64,000 nt of DNA from an uncultured Acidobacteriota bacterium. Lineage in GTDB: Bacteria; Actinomycetota; Acidimicrobiia; Spongiisociales; ZC4RG35. The stretch is from NCBI GenBank assembly GCA_963711895.1, contig CAVQFU010000007.1:547827-611826 (forward strand), written 5' to 3'. Each line of letters begins with the position of its first letter. Position 1 is the stretch's first letter. Shown here in pieces: positions 20,364 through 29,549 of the stretch. Both the position numbers and the translations under genes were made by a program. Under the pieces are notes generated by a model. That model saw only the letters and a list, made by a program, of their open reading frames with translations, searched no databases and was not told the DNA's origin.

Positions 20364-21169
20364 GCGCGCGACCGCCAGATCTCCCGCTGAGCGACCTGGG
20401 CAAGAGCACTCGACCGTCCGTGCCTGCGACCGAGGGCGTAGGCGGCAACCGCGGCCGACACGCCCAGTGTGCCCAGGGCACTGAGGGCAACGGCTCTCTT
20501 CGTCTTGCGGGCGAAGATCACGACCGGCCAGCCACGCTCATGGGCCACCGTGTCGAGCTCTGAGTCGGGATTGACCGCGACAGGGTGCCCCACCGCCTCC
20601 ATCATGGGCAGGTCGGACACGGAGTCGGAGTAGGCGTAGCTGCGCTCGAGGTCATACCCCCAATCGGCGACGATCTTCTCGATGGCGTCGACTTTCCCCG
20701 CGCCGTATACGAACGGCCCGTCCAGTTCACCGGTGTAATGGCCTGCCACCACCTTTCCCCTGGTGCCGATGGCCCCTGTCATACCAAGGGACCGCGCCAG
20801 GGGCTCGACGATCTCGTTGGGGGCGGCAGAGACGATCCAGGTGTCCCTTCCTGCTTCGTGATGCAGGTTGATCAGCTTCCGTGACTCCGGGCGGACCCGG
20901 GCCACCAGCTTGGGCAGGACCGCGGCACCCACCATCTCGAGCGCCTGGACCGAGGCCCCGGCGATCCCACCCAAGAAGTCACCCTTGACATCGTCGGTGG
21001 CGTCACCCTTGTCGCCCATCAGCCGGAAACTCAAGGCCGAGAGCGCCCAGCGGCCGATATCAGGGTTCGATGCGAGGCCCTGACGCCAAGCCTCGACACC
21101 CAGGGGGAATGCCGAGGCGCCAGAGATCAGGGTCCGGTCGAGATCGAAGAAGGCGGCCGAGTTAGCCAT
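20360..21169 (-). CDS. HAD-IB family hydrolase (SerB-like phosphatase family)
   Basis: ATG at 21169 in the 20360..21562 frame. HAD motif I FFDLDRTL, motif II VSAAP, motif III/IV GAGKVDA...YSDSVSDLPM. C-terminal hydrophobic tail. 4-nt convergent overlap with dnaE. Confidence 0.75.
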   Translation of the reverse strand: MANSAAFFDLDRTLISGASAFPLGVEAWRQGLASNPDIGRWALSALSFRLMGDKGDATDDVKGDFLGGIAGASVQALEMVGAAVLPKLVARVRPESRKLINLHHEAGRDTWIVSAAPNEIVEPLARSLGMTGAIGTRGKVVAGHYTGELDGPFVYGAGKVDAIEKIVADWGYDLERSYAYSDSVSDLPMMEAVGHPVAVNPDSELDTVAHERGWPVVIFARKTKRAVALSALGTLGVSAAVAAYALGRRHGRSSALAQVAQREIWRSRA

Positions 21170-21173
21170 GTCT

Positions 21174-22208
21174 TCAGGATATGCCCACGTTTGCCCATGG
21201 CAACTCCCTGGAGTCGTCGAGCAGGCGGGCCAGCCCATCGAGGTCGGTCGGAGGGCTCGTAGACCATGGGATAGTGGCGATGTGGGCCCCGTACCGAGAG
21301 GAGAACTCCTCCCGGGTGTCGCGTTGGCGCACCGTCTCCGCGCTCCACCGGGCCAGATTCTGCTCCAGGGCCAGGGAGGTCCCCGGTGGCGCGGTCGCGT
21401 CCGCCCATTCCTCCGGGAGGATTCGATTGAAGACGACGGCCTCCGGGCTCGACGCCAGGCCGGGCAGGTCGCGATAGAACTTGATGGCCTCGCGCACGGG
21501 GGCGGGATCAGAGGTGGTGACGACGAATATCGACGCCGAGCTGAGGACGCGCTCGATCTCACGGCCCCGCTGTGCCACTCCGTCGTAGGTGGTCCTCAGG
21601 TCGAGGAGAAACTCTGCCACGCGCTCCAACAGGTCAGAGCCGAGCACCGAGTCGGCGATCCGGAGGACTGGTTTCGCGGCCAGGTTGTAGAGGGTGCGGC
21701 GCCCAGGGAGCGGGCCACCGGTCAGCCATCTCAGAAGCCGCCCTCCCACGAGATCGGCCATCTGGGCCGGCGCGGCGAAGAAGTCGATGCCTCCACCCGA
21801 CGGCGGGGTGTCGACGATGACGAGGTCCCAGGCCATGGCCTGGACGAATGTGGCCGCCTGATCGGCTGCGGCATAGGACTGCGAAGCCGGGAAATGCTCC
21901 GACGCCGCCTGGAAGAAGTCGTTGTCGGCGAGACGGGTTGCTACCTCGGGGTCGGCGTGCCGCATCGCTACTGCCCGCCACGAGGCGGTGGAGTCCAGCA
22001 TGGCGGCCCAGAGATTGGGTTCCTCGGCGTGCGGCTGGGGCTCATTTCCCAGGTCTTCGACGCCCAAGGCGGTCGCCAGCCGGCGAGCAGGGTCGACAGT
22101 GACCACGAGGGTGCGCAGACCGGTGCGGGCCGCTCTGACTCCGAGGGCTGCTGCGACAGTGGTCTTGCCCACGCCTCCGGCGCCGGTGATGAGCAGGGTG
22201 CGCGTCAT
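21174..22208 (-). CDS. ArsA/Get3-like ATPase (anion-transporting ATPase family)
   Basis: P-loop ITGAGGVGKTTVAAAL, DPARRL, and a switch region VVDTPPSGG. It is paired with an upstream paralogue through an ATGA-type overlap. Confidence 0.75.
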   Translation of the reverse strand: MTRTLLITGAGGVGKTTVAAALGVRAARTGLRTLVVTVDPARRLATALGVEDLGNEPQPHAEEPNLWAAMLDSTASWRAVAMRHADPEVATRLADNDFFQAASEHFPASQSYAAADQAATFVQAMAWDLVIVDTPPSGGGIDFFAAPAQMADLVGGRLLRWLTGGPLPGRRTLYNLAAKPVLRIADSVLGSDLLERVAEFLLDLRTTYDGVAQRGREIERVLSSASIFVVTTSDPAPVREAIKFYRDLPGLASSPEAVVFNRILPEEWADATAPPGTSLALEQNLARWSAETVRQRDTREEFSSRYGAHIATIPWSTSPPTDLDGLARLLDDSRELPWANVGIS

Positions 22209-23050
22209 GTGATCAACTCGAACTCGTCAGCCATCCTCGCCGCCACCTCGCCGGGTGTGAAGAGCCCGTGGAGGTAGGGGAGTAGGTGGTCGGCAGGTTG
22301 TCGATCCAGCCAGACTTGTTGTTCCGACCACAACGCCCGGTGCAGCTTCGCCGCTTCTCCCACCGGCCCCGGCGGCGTTCCCTGGTCGGCCAGCTCGTCC
22401 AGGACGCGGTTTGCGATAACCACCGGGGTGGCCACCACATCCTCCTTCGCCAGCCAGGTGATGGTCTCAGCGGTTTCGGTGGCCGGTAGCTCTTCGGGGA
22501 GGGTGACGAGCATGAGGCTGGTGACGGACTGGTCACGGAGGATCTCCCGCATGATCTCGGCCTGGATCCGGATTCGCCCCGAGGGCACCAGATCGGAGAT
22601 GGTCAACGGTGCTCGGAGGAACGACCCGATCTGGCCGGTGGGTGGGGCATCGGCGATGACGATGTCCCATCGATCCTCCCGAACCTCCCAGATCGCCTTG
22701 CCAACGGTGATGATCTCCCGGATACCCGGGGCGGTGGTGGCCAGGGCGTCGAAGGCGCGGGCAAGCGGGCCGAACCTGGTGAGACCCTTGATGTTGAGCT
22801 GAAGGGCGAGATATTCGAGAAGGGCATCGGAGCGGACCATCTGCATGGCATGGAGCCCCGGTCTCAGCTCTCTCGGCTCGAATTCGAGAGGGCCGGTGCC
22901 GAAGTGTGCAGAGAGGCCTCCCGGCGATCCCATTTCCATGGCCAGGACACGTAGCCCTCGGCGCTGGGCGAGGAGGGCAAGCCCTGCACTCACCGCCGAC
23001 TTGCCCACCCCTCCCTTGCCCGAGACGAGGACGAGACGTTTCTCCAGCAT
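22205..23050 (-). CDS. ArsA/Get3-like ATPase, second subunit-type paralogue
   Basis: P-loop VSGKGGVGKSAVSAGLAL and IADAPPTGQ. It overlaps the downstream paralogue by 4 nt. Confidence 0.75.
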   Translation of the reverse strand: MLEKRLVLVSGKGGVGKSAVSAGLALLAQRRGLRVLAMEMGSPGGLSAHFGTGPLEFEPRELRPGLHAMQMVRSDALLEYLALQLNIKGLTRFGPLARAFDALATTAPGIREIITVGKAIWEVREDRWDIVIADAPPTGQIGSFLRAPLTISDLVPSGRIRIQAEIMREILRDQSVTSLMLVTLPEELPATETAETITWLAKEDVVATPVVIANRVLDELADQGTPPGPVGEAAKLHRALWSEQQVWLDRQPADHLLPYLHGLFTPGEVAARMADEFELIT

Positions 23051-23063
23051 CAGGCGAGCTGGG

Positions 23064-23282
23064 CTAGCCGGACCCGCCGAGCGGTATGCGAAGGACGAGC
23101 TCGCCGTCCTCCACGCTCCAACTGGCGCTCCCGATCAAGGCGTAGTCGGTGTAGTCGGCTTGCGCCCGCTCCACGAAGAGTCTGCGCTCATCACCCGCAA
23201 CCGGGGGTAGTGGCCGCTCTTTCACCGCAGCGGCTCGCTCCTGATAGCGCATCAGCATGGCGTCGACATCGAATTGGGCCAT
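23064..23282 (-). CDS. Hypothetical 72-aa protein, first gene of the ArsA-like operon
   Basis: Track ORF only, with no recognisable motif. Its codon composition looks native. The start codon is abutted by a perfect hairpin and there is no obvious SD. Confidence 0.4.
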   Translation of the reverse strand: MAQFDVDAMLMRYQERAAAVKERPLPPVAGDERRLFVERAQADYTDYALIGSASWSVEDGELVLRIPLGGSG

Positions 23283-23283
23283 T

Positions 23284-23305
23284 GGGCAACGCTAACGCGT
23301 TGCCC
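23284..23305. promoter_or_regulatory. Perfect 9-bp-stem hairpin GGGCAACGC-TAAC-GCGTTGCCC
   Basis: Read directly from the sequence. On the + strand it is followed by TGTTTTA, the form of an intrinsic terminator. On the - strand it ends 1 nt before the ATG at 23282. Confidence 0.5.
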
Positions 23306-23310
23306 TGTTT

Positions 23311-23366
23311 TAGGTTCTAGGTGGTAGGTCGTAGGCCAGAACCTAAGACCTAGAACCTATGACCTA
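23311..23366. repeat. Heptad-spaced dyad array: 4 x TAGGT then 4 x ACCTA
   Basis: TAGGT (last copy TAGG) starts at 23311, 23318, 23325 and 23332. ACCTA starts at 23341, 23348, 23355 and 23362. All pairs are symmetric about 23338/23339. The last ACCTA contains the stop codon of the ThyX-like gene. Confidence 0.6.
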
Positions 23367-24987
23367 TGACGCCGAGGCCCGGCTGCGCCGGGTCTCGGCT
23401 TTGCGCTCGCTCTCCAGCCGTTCCAGATCGACATCGCTGTAGTCGACATAGGTCATGGCGTCGGCGATCAGATGGTGACCGGCAACTTCATCGATGGCTC
23501 GATGCATCTCATGGGCGACACGTCGGTAAGCCGGATGCCCGGCCGCCTGGCTGCGCAGTTCGATGAGATGGAATGCCTGCCTGGGGTTCATCTCCATGAC
23601 GAAGCGCACGTTGAAGGCGAATGGCACGACGTACTGGGCCACATCGGCGCCCAGGTCTTTCCGCAGCTCCTCGTAGAAGTCGATTGATTCGACCATCAGC
23701 CGGTGCCACTCATCGGCGAGGCCCAGTTCCTCGACTTCGGCCGGCAGGTCATAGCCGAGCCGTGTCGTGTACCGCTGCCACTCGAGTGTCATGAGACGAT
23801 GACGCTGGAGGTCGCGGAAAGCCCCGATATCACAGGTGACATCGAAGCGATAGGTGGTTCGCTCCATGGCCCGCCCTGGCTTGTGCCTCCGATTGGCCCG
23901 GTCTCCGACGAGGGAGGCGATGATGCCCGCTCTCTCTGCTTGGGTCATCGACCTGGCGATTCGGAGGAGCTCGGCGTCGGGCAACTCCGAGACGGCATAG
24001 AGGGCGGCGGCGGCGACCTTTGACCTCCGCCTCAGGATCCCAGTCGACGAGTGTCACCGATGGTCCGAGGTCGGTGGGCGACCCCAGACCGGCTGCTCTC
24101 TGCTCGAGGTCGGAACGGACGCCTTCGAAGTATCGGGACCACCGCACCCCGCGGTCTTCCAGGTCGACCCTGGTGAGGAACGAAGGGATGATCTTCCGCA
24201 GCTCGCCGAGCATCATCTCCCCGTATTCCTGCACCTCGCGCAAGGGGTTGGCCCGCATCCTTACCAGTGACATCTCGTAGGCCTGACCGGTGCCGTAGAT
24301 GCCGACGTTGGACAGGGTCGACACCGGGAGCATGCCCCGCACCGTGTCACATGCCTTGGCCCGGATCGTCGCATTCCAAACCATTGCCGAGTCGTCCTCA
24401 GCCCGGGGGTGCAGCTGTTCGAAATGGCCGATCATCCTGGCCACCATGCTCGAGTAGGTATCGAAGACCTGCTCCATGTGGGCGAGGTATCGCTCGGCGT
24501 GAGTGGACCCCGTGATCTCTGGAGGGATGAAGTACCGGTAGCGGTCTCCCAGCCGGACGTCGTAGCGGATGTAGCGAGTCGATTGCTCCAGGTAGGCGGC
24601 GAGCCGGCCCCATTCCAGGACCTTGGTCAGGAGATTGGAGGCCTGCTCGCAGGCGAGATGGGCGCCGCCGAGTTGGGCGACGGAGTCGTCTCCGTAGTCG
24701 AAGAAGATCCGCTGATAGAGCTGCTCGGCCTTGCGGGTTGCCACGAGCGGGTCGTCGTCGAGACCACGGGACATCGCGTCGATGCCGGAGTCCGGATCCG
24801 CCACGAACTCGTCGAGGAAGAGCCGTCGCAAAGACTTGGCCGACCTCGAATAGCGGGCGAAGAGCGCGCCCTTCACCACCTCCGGGAGATTGATCAAGCC
24901 GAACACCGGCAGGTCGAGATTGGTGAAGAAGCGGCTCAGGACCGCCTCCTCCTCGGCGGTGAACTCCTCCTGGTGGTACGTCGTCAC
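23364..24987 (-). CDS. Two-domain ThyX-like (FAD-dependent thymidylate synthase family) protein; frameshifted as assembled (near 24017)
   Basis: The N-terminal 320 aa are in ORF 23830..24987 (LPEVVKGALFARYSRS...) and the C-terminal 200 aa in ORF 23364..23984 (FRDLQRHRLMTLEWQRY, NPRQAFHLIELR). They join as ...DWDPEAEVK / VAAAALYAVSELPDAELL after removal of one base near 24017. An RHR-type ThyX motif is seen only in the C-terminal half. Confidence 0.6.
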
Positions 24988-25043
24988 GGGTCGGCGATTG
25001 TATGCCTGGAAACCGGGCGCACCCGGTTACCGTTTTAGGGGCA

Positions 25044-25322
25044 ATGTCAGTCTTCCTGGTGCGGCTCGGTGTGTTCATTCTCTCTGCGGTGGCGATCGGC
25101 ATCGCCCTGATACCGATCCTCGTACTCATCGACCTGCTCGACGGGGGAACGGGTTGGGGCCTCTGTCCTCAGGGCATCGAGGCCTGCAGCAACCCGTACA
25201 CCACTGCGGCCGAGTTCGGAGTCCTTCTCACTATCGGGCTGTTCCTGTCGGTGTTGGGGATCCGGCTCCTCATGAAGCTGGCGCGCCGTCTCCGCTCCGA
25301 CGACTACCAGGTGAGTCAGTGA
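25044..25322 (+). CDS. Small two-TM membrane protein (hypothetical)
   Basis: ATG at 25044 in the 25002..25322 frame. It has two hydrophobic helices flanking a Cys-containing loop. No family recognised. Confidence 0.45.
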   Translation: MSVFLVRLGVFILSAVAIGIALIPILVLIDLLDGGTGWGLCPQGIEACSNPYTTAAEFGVLLTIGLFLSVLGIRLLMKLARRLRSDDYQVSQ

Positions 25323-26200
25323 GCCGGGGACACCGCTTCGGCCTCGATTGAGGCCTGGTCCGTCTGTTTGGTCACCACGATGAAGATCGCGATGATGATG
25401 AGTGCGGCGCCGGCCCACCCCGCCACCGTGAGCCTCTCACCCAGCACCACCCACGCGGTCGCAACGGCGAATGCGGGCTCCGCTGCCAGAACCACAGCTG
25501 CGGTGGTCGCGCCGACGACGGTCTGAGCCCAGATCTGCAGCACAAAGCATCCGGCACTGGCTCCTATCCCGGTGATCAACAGCGCGCCCCACACCGAGCT
25601 CGGGGGCAGGATGGGGCCCTCGATCAAGAGAGCCGCCGGGAATGCCAGCGCCGAGGTGACTGCCAGCTGAACCGCAGTGAACGGGACCACAGGGTGATAG
25701 CGGGCGAGGCGGGACAGGACCACGATGTGCATCGAGAATGAGAACGCGCAGGCCAGGGTGAGGAGGTCTCCACGCTCGAAGCTGAGACCGTCGGCCCCGG
25801 TGATCAGGATCAGACCGCCGAATGACAGGGCGGCCGCACCCACGCTCCACCAACTCGGTGGCCGTCGGGCGAACAAGGCGGCGAGGAAAGGCGTGATCAC
25901 CACGTACAGGCCGGTGATCAGCGCCGAGTTGCTGGCGCTCGTCTCGGTCAGGCCGGCGGTCTGAAAGGCATAGCCACAGAACAGAGCGAGCCCGGCCAGC
26001 GTGCCGTGCCACCAGATCCGGCGCCCCCGGGGAAGGGCGAAGAGGGAGAGCAGGAGCGCGCCGAGGAGAAAGCGCCATGCCACGAACGTCAAGGGTGGGA
26101 CTTCGGCAACCGCCGATTTGACCACCACAAAGGTCGCGCCGAAGACGAACGACGCCGCCAGCAAGGCGAGGATTGCCCGGCTTCGATTGGACCTGAACAT
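25316..26200 (-). CDS. EamA/DMT-family transporter
   Basis: Ten-TM duplicated EamA architecture (ATFVVVKSAVAEVPPLTFVAWRF; AEPAFAVATAWVVLGERL). ATG at 26200 is preferred; a TTG at 26263 is the alternative start. Confidence 0.8.
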   Translation of the reverse strand: MFRSNRSRAILALLAASFVFGATFVVVKSAVAEVPPLTFVAWRFLLGALLLSLFALPRGRRIWWHGTLAGLALFCGYAFQTAGLTETSASNSALITGLYVVITPFLAALFARRPPSWWSVGAAALSFGGLILITGADGLSFERGDLLTLACAFSFSMHIVVLSRLARYHPVVPFTAVQLAVTSALAFPAALLIEGPILPPSSVWGALLITGIGASAGCFVLQIWAQTVVGATTAAVVLAAEPAFAVATAWVVLGERLTVAGWAGAALIIIAIFIVVTKQTDQASIEAEAVSPAH

Positions 26201-26277
26201 GAGCGGGGGCAGGGTAGGACCAGGGCCCGATCGACTCGCGCCTCGGTCCTGTGCGGTGGTCAATACGATGCCGCCAA

Positions 26278-26973
26278 ATGCCGCTGAGCAGAGCCGACGG
26301 ATCGGTGCCGTCTCGGGCCGAAAAGGGGAAGGCGCGCGCCATCCTCAACCGTCTCCACCGTCGCTATCCGACTATCGGCACGGCCCTCGACTACGAATCA
26401 CCGTTCCAACTACTCGTCGTCACCGTCCTCTCGGCACAGACGACCGATGAGAATGTGAACAAGGTGGCCCCGGTTCTCTTCGAGGCCTATCCGACCATCA
26501 TCGATCTCGCTGAGGCCGATCCCGAAGAGGTGGAGAGGATCGTCTATTCCACCGGGTTCTACCGCCAAAAGACCAAGTCGATCATCAAGTTGGCCCAGGG
26601 AGTCGAGGAGATGTTCGATGGTGAAGTGCCCATGGACCTCGACGAGTTGGTGAAGCTTCCCGGGGTTGGGCGCAAGACCGCCAGCGTGTTGCTCGCCGAG
26701 GCATGGGATGTGCCTGCGATCGCGGTCGACACCCACGTGCGGAGAGTCGCCCGCCGCCTCGGTCTGACGGATCAGTCGGACCCGGTGAAGATCGAACGTG
26801 ACCTCATGGCGCTCTACCCCAAGACAGAGTGGTCCGGTCTCTCGATGCGGATCATCCAGTTCGGGCGTGATGTATGTGATGCGAAACGGCCGTTGTGCGG
26901 GAAATGTGAGCTATTTCCTCTTTGTGATTTCCCCGATCGATTCGCCTTCGCTCACAAGACACCTCGGCGGTGA
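26278..26973 (+). CDS. nth: Endonuclease III
   Basis: LVVTVLSAQTTDENVN, helix-hairpin-helix LVKLPGVGRKTASVLL, catalytic DTHV, and the Fe-S cluster motif CDAKRPLCGKCELFPLC. Confidence 0.9.
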   Translation: MPLSRADGSVPSRAEKGKARAILNRLHRRYPTIGTALDYESPFQLLVVTVLSAQTTDENVNKVAPVLFEAYPTIIDLAEADPEEVERIVYSTGFYRQKTKSIIKLAQGVEEMFDGEVPMDLDELVKLPGVGRKTASVLLAEAWDVPAIAVDTHVRRVARRLGLTDQSDPVKIERDLMALYPKTEWSGLSMRIIQFGRDVCDAKRPLCGKCELFPLCDFPDRFAFAHKTPRR

Positions 26974-28274
26974 CCACCTCCCGAATCGCCAATCGGGCCA
27001 TCCTCCGGCTCGCCATCCCTGCATTGGCGACGCTGGCGATCGACCCACTCCTCACCCTCATCGACACCGCTTTCGTGGCGCGGATCGGGGTCCACGACCT
27101 GGCTGCGCTGGGTGTGGACACCGCCATCCTCGGATTCGTCTTCTTCGGGTTCAACTTCCTCGCCTACGCGACGACGCCACTGGTGGCGCAGGCCCTCGGA
27201 CGGGGGAACGAGGCAGAGGCGCGACGATGGGTGGGCGACGCCCTCATCCTCGCCGTCCTGCTCGGTCTAGTCGCTGCCGCGGTGGTCGAGATCCTCGCCC
27301 CATGGTTCGTCGGCTTGATGGGCGCAAGTGAGGAGGTAGCGGGACCCGCCGTCGCCTATCTCCGGATCCGGGGCATCGCCACGCCCGCCGTGTTGCTGGT
27401 GACCGCGGGGCACGGCGCCTTCCGCGGGTATCAGGACACCCGGACCCCTCTGCGTGTCGCGGTCGGTATCAACGTCATCAACCTCGTGTTTGACCCTCTC
27501 CTGATATTTGTTGTCGGGTTGGGCCTCGAGGGAGCCGCCCTCGGCACCGTGATAGCGCAATGGGCGGGGGCGCTGTGGTTCCTGCAACTGATCCGATCCC
27601 GGGGCATGGCCGACCGACCTGCCGGTCTCAGGAAGGCGCTACCCACCATCCTGGCCCTCGCTCGAAATGGGGTCCTGGTGTCGATCCGGACCGGGTTCCT
27701 TCTTATTGGCCTGACCTTCGCTGCCGCGACTGCGACGAGGCTGGGCGCGGCCGAAATCGCTGCCCACCAGGTCGTGATGCAGGTCTGGCTGCTGGCGGCC
27801 ATGGTCGCCGATGCGTTCGCCATCGCCGGTCAGGCCATGGTCGCCGACACCGTGGGTGGGGGAGATGCGAGCGGAATCGACCATCTGTCCAGCCGACTGC
27901 TGGGGTGGGGGGCGGTCACCGGCGTGTTGCTGCTGGGTGCGTTCGTCCTCGGCGGTCCGGCCCTCGCCGGCCTGGTCGAGGACCCGGCGGTGGCGGCGCT
28001 CACAGTGTCGGCAGCGGCGGTGGCGGGGTGGACCATGCCGATAGGGGCGCCGCTGTTCGTTGCCGACGGCATCTTCTTCGGCCTCCTGGCTTTCGGGACG
28101 ATCATCGTCTCGACCGCGCTCGGCTCAGCGGTCCTGGTAGCCCTCGTCTCGCTTACGCCGTTGGGCGACTCGCTCGACGGGATCTGGTGGGCGATCGGGG
28201 CGATGCTTGGCGCTCGTGGCCTGGTATTCGTCTTCGGTTACAGGCGAGCGGTGCGAACGGCTCTCAGGTCTTGA
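26970..28274 (+). CDS. MATE-family efflux transporter (DinF-like)
   Basis: GTGA overlap with nth. 12-TM protein with the N-terminal pattern AILRLAIPALATLAIDPLLTLIDTAFVARIG typical of MATE transporters. Confidence 0.85.
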   Translation: MTTSRIANRAILRLAIPALATLAIDPLLTLIDTAFVARIGVHDLAALGVDTAILGFVFFGFNFLAYATTPLVAQALGRGNEAEARRWVGDALILAVLLGLVAAAVVEILAPWFVGLMGASEEVAGPAVAYLRIRGIATPAVLLVTAGHGAFRGYQDTRTPLRVAVGINVINLVFDPLLIFVVGLGLEGAALGTVIAQWAGALWFLQLIRSRGMADRPAGLRKALPTILALARNGVLVSIRTGFLLIGLTFAAATATRLGAAEIAAHQVVMQVWLLAAMVADAFAIAGQAMVADTVGGGDASGIDHLSSRLLGWGAVTGVLLLGAFVLGGPALAGLVEDPAVAALTVSAAAVAGWTMPIGAPLFVADGIFFGLLAFGTIIVSTALGSAVLVALVSLTPLGDSLDGIWWAIGAMLGARGLVFVFGYRRAVRTALRS

Positions 28275-29521
28275 CCCCGCGTCTCGGGAAGGAGCAGGGT
28301 GAGGAATGCGGCGATCACCATCCCGACCCCGAGGATCGTGACCGTCTGGGAGAGCCCGAAGCGATCGATGGTGAAGATCCCGAGAATCAGCCCGAGTCCG
28401 GATCCGACCAAGCCGAAGTTCGTCGCTGCCGTATTGGCGCTCGCTCGCAGCCCGGTGGGGAAGAGCTCCGCCCGATGGGAGCCCCCGGCGGGTACGAAGG
28501 CAAAGGTGCCGAAAGACGACACCATCACGGCCACGACGATCAATGGGACCGACGTCGCCCAATAGATGACGAGACCGCCCCCGACGGCGAGCAGCAGGCT
28601 CACCACCGTCGTCCTTCGCCGGCCCAAGCTGTCAGCCAGGTGCCCGCCGACAAAGAAGCCGAGTCCACCGAGCGTCCCCCCGAGGAGGGCGATCACGACG
28701 GTCGATCCGGTGCTCAGCCCGAGGTATTCGATCATCCGCGTCGTGGAGAAGGCCAGGGCGACCGCCGAGAAGGCGGAAACGAGAAAGGCGATGATCACCA
28801 CAATCCAAAAGCGGCGTGCCCATTCCCCGGTGGCCAGCTCCCGCCAGTGTCTGTCCTCGTGGTCTTCGAGAAAGATGTGGCTCTCTGGCACGTTACGAAT
28901 CAGGAAGGGGAGCACGAGGAGGGCGAGGGCGATCATGAGATGGGGGATCCGCCAGCTCTCACCACCTCCGTCTGCCAGCGGGAGCGTCATCAGTGCGAGG
29001 CCACCGCCAAAAGACACTGCAGCCCCGTAGAAGGAGATCGCATATGCGCGGATGTGGGGTGAAACCTGTTCGGCGAGGAGGACGATGGCCAGGCCGCCCA
29101 TGCCTGCGGTCCCGGTGCGCAGGATCGCCTGGGCCGTTCCGAACTGCCAAGCCTCGAACGCGAGTCCCGCCAGCGTGCCACCGACTATCACCAGCGTGAT
29201 AGACCAGAGGAAGGGGCGTCTCCGCCCTTTGTGGTCACCGAGCCACCCGAGAGGGAGCGCGGCAAAAGCGGCCAGCCGGGCGATACCGAGCAGGAGGCTC
29301 ATTTCGCCTTCGGTGAGCCCGAGACCGGCGCGCGTGAACGGGAGCGTCGCCGCTGCCTGGGACTGGGCGAAGCCCTGGATGACTCCGGCAGTCCAGATCA
29401 CGAACACGATTCGGCGATCGCCCGAGGTGAACCTCTCCACCGGGAGCAACGGGCCCAAAACGCGTCGCAGCCACGGTGCCACGAGTCGAGAGTAGAGGGG
29501 CACGCGTGCGATCATCCCCAC
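28238..29521 (-). CDS. MFS transporter
   Basis: 427-aa 12-TM ORF with an MFS loop motif (LGWLGDHKGRRRP). Its end overlaps the MATE gene convergently. Confidence 0.7.
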   Translation of the reverse strand: MGMIARVPLYSRLVAPWLRRVLGPLLPVERFTSGDRRIVFVIWTAGVIQGFAQSQAAATLPFTRAGLGLTEGEMSLLLGIARLAAFAALPLGWLGDHKGRRRPFLWSITLVIVGGTLAGLAFEAWQFGTAQAILRTGTAGMGGLAIVLLAEQVSPHIRAYAISFYGAAVSFGGGLALMTLPLADGGGESWRIPHLMIALALLVLPFLIRNVPESHIFLEDHEDRHWRELATGEWARRFWIVVIIAFLVSAFSAVALAFSTTRMIEYLGLSTGSTVVIALLGGTLGGLGFFVGGHLADSLGRRRTTVVSLLLAVGGGLVIYWATSVPLIVVAVMVSSFGTFAFVPAGGSHRAELFPTGLRASANTAATNFGLVGSGLGLILGIFTIDRFGLSQTVTILGVGMVIAAFLTLLLPETRGQDLRAVRTARL

Positions 29522-29549
29522 ACTTCGGCTAATTCACCGGGGAACCAAA

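Noticed and set aside
23311-23366. The heptad repeats as a CRISPR array or microsatellite.
   Set aside because: The units are 7 nt with no spacers, arranged as one dyad. There are no cas genes. This is a structured element, not an array.
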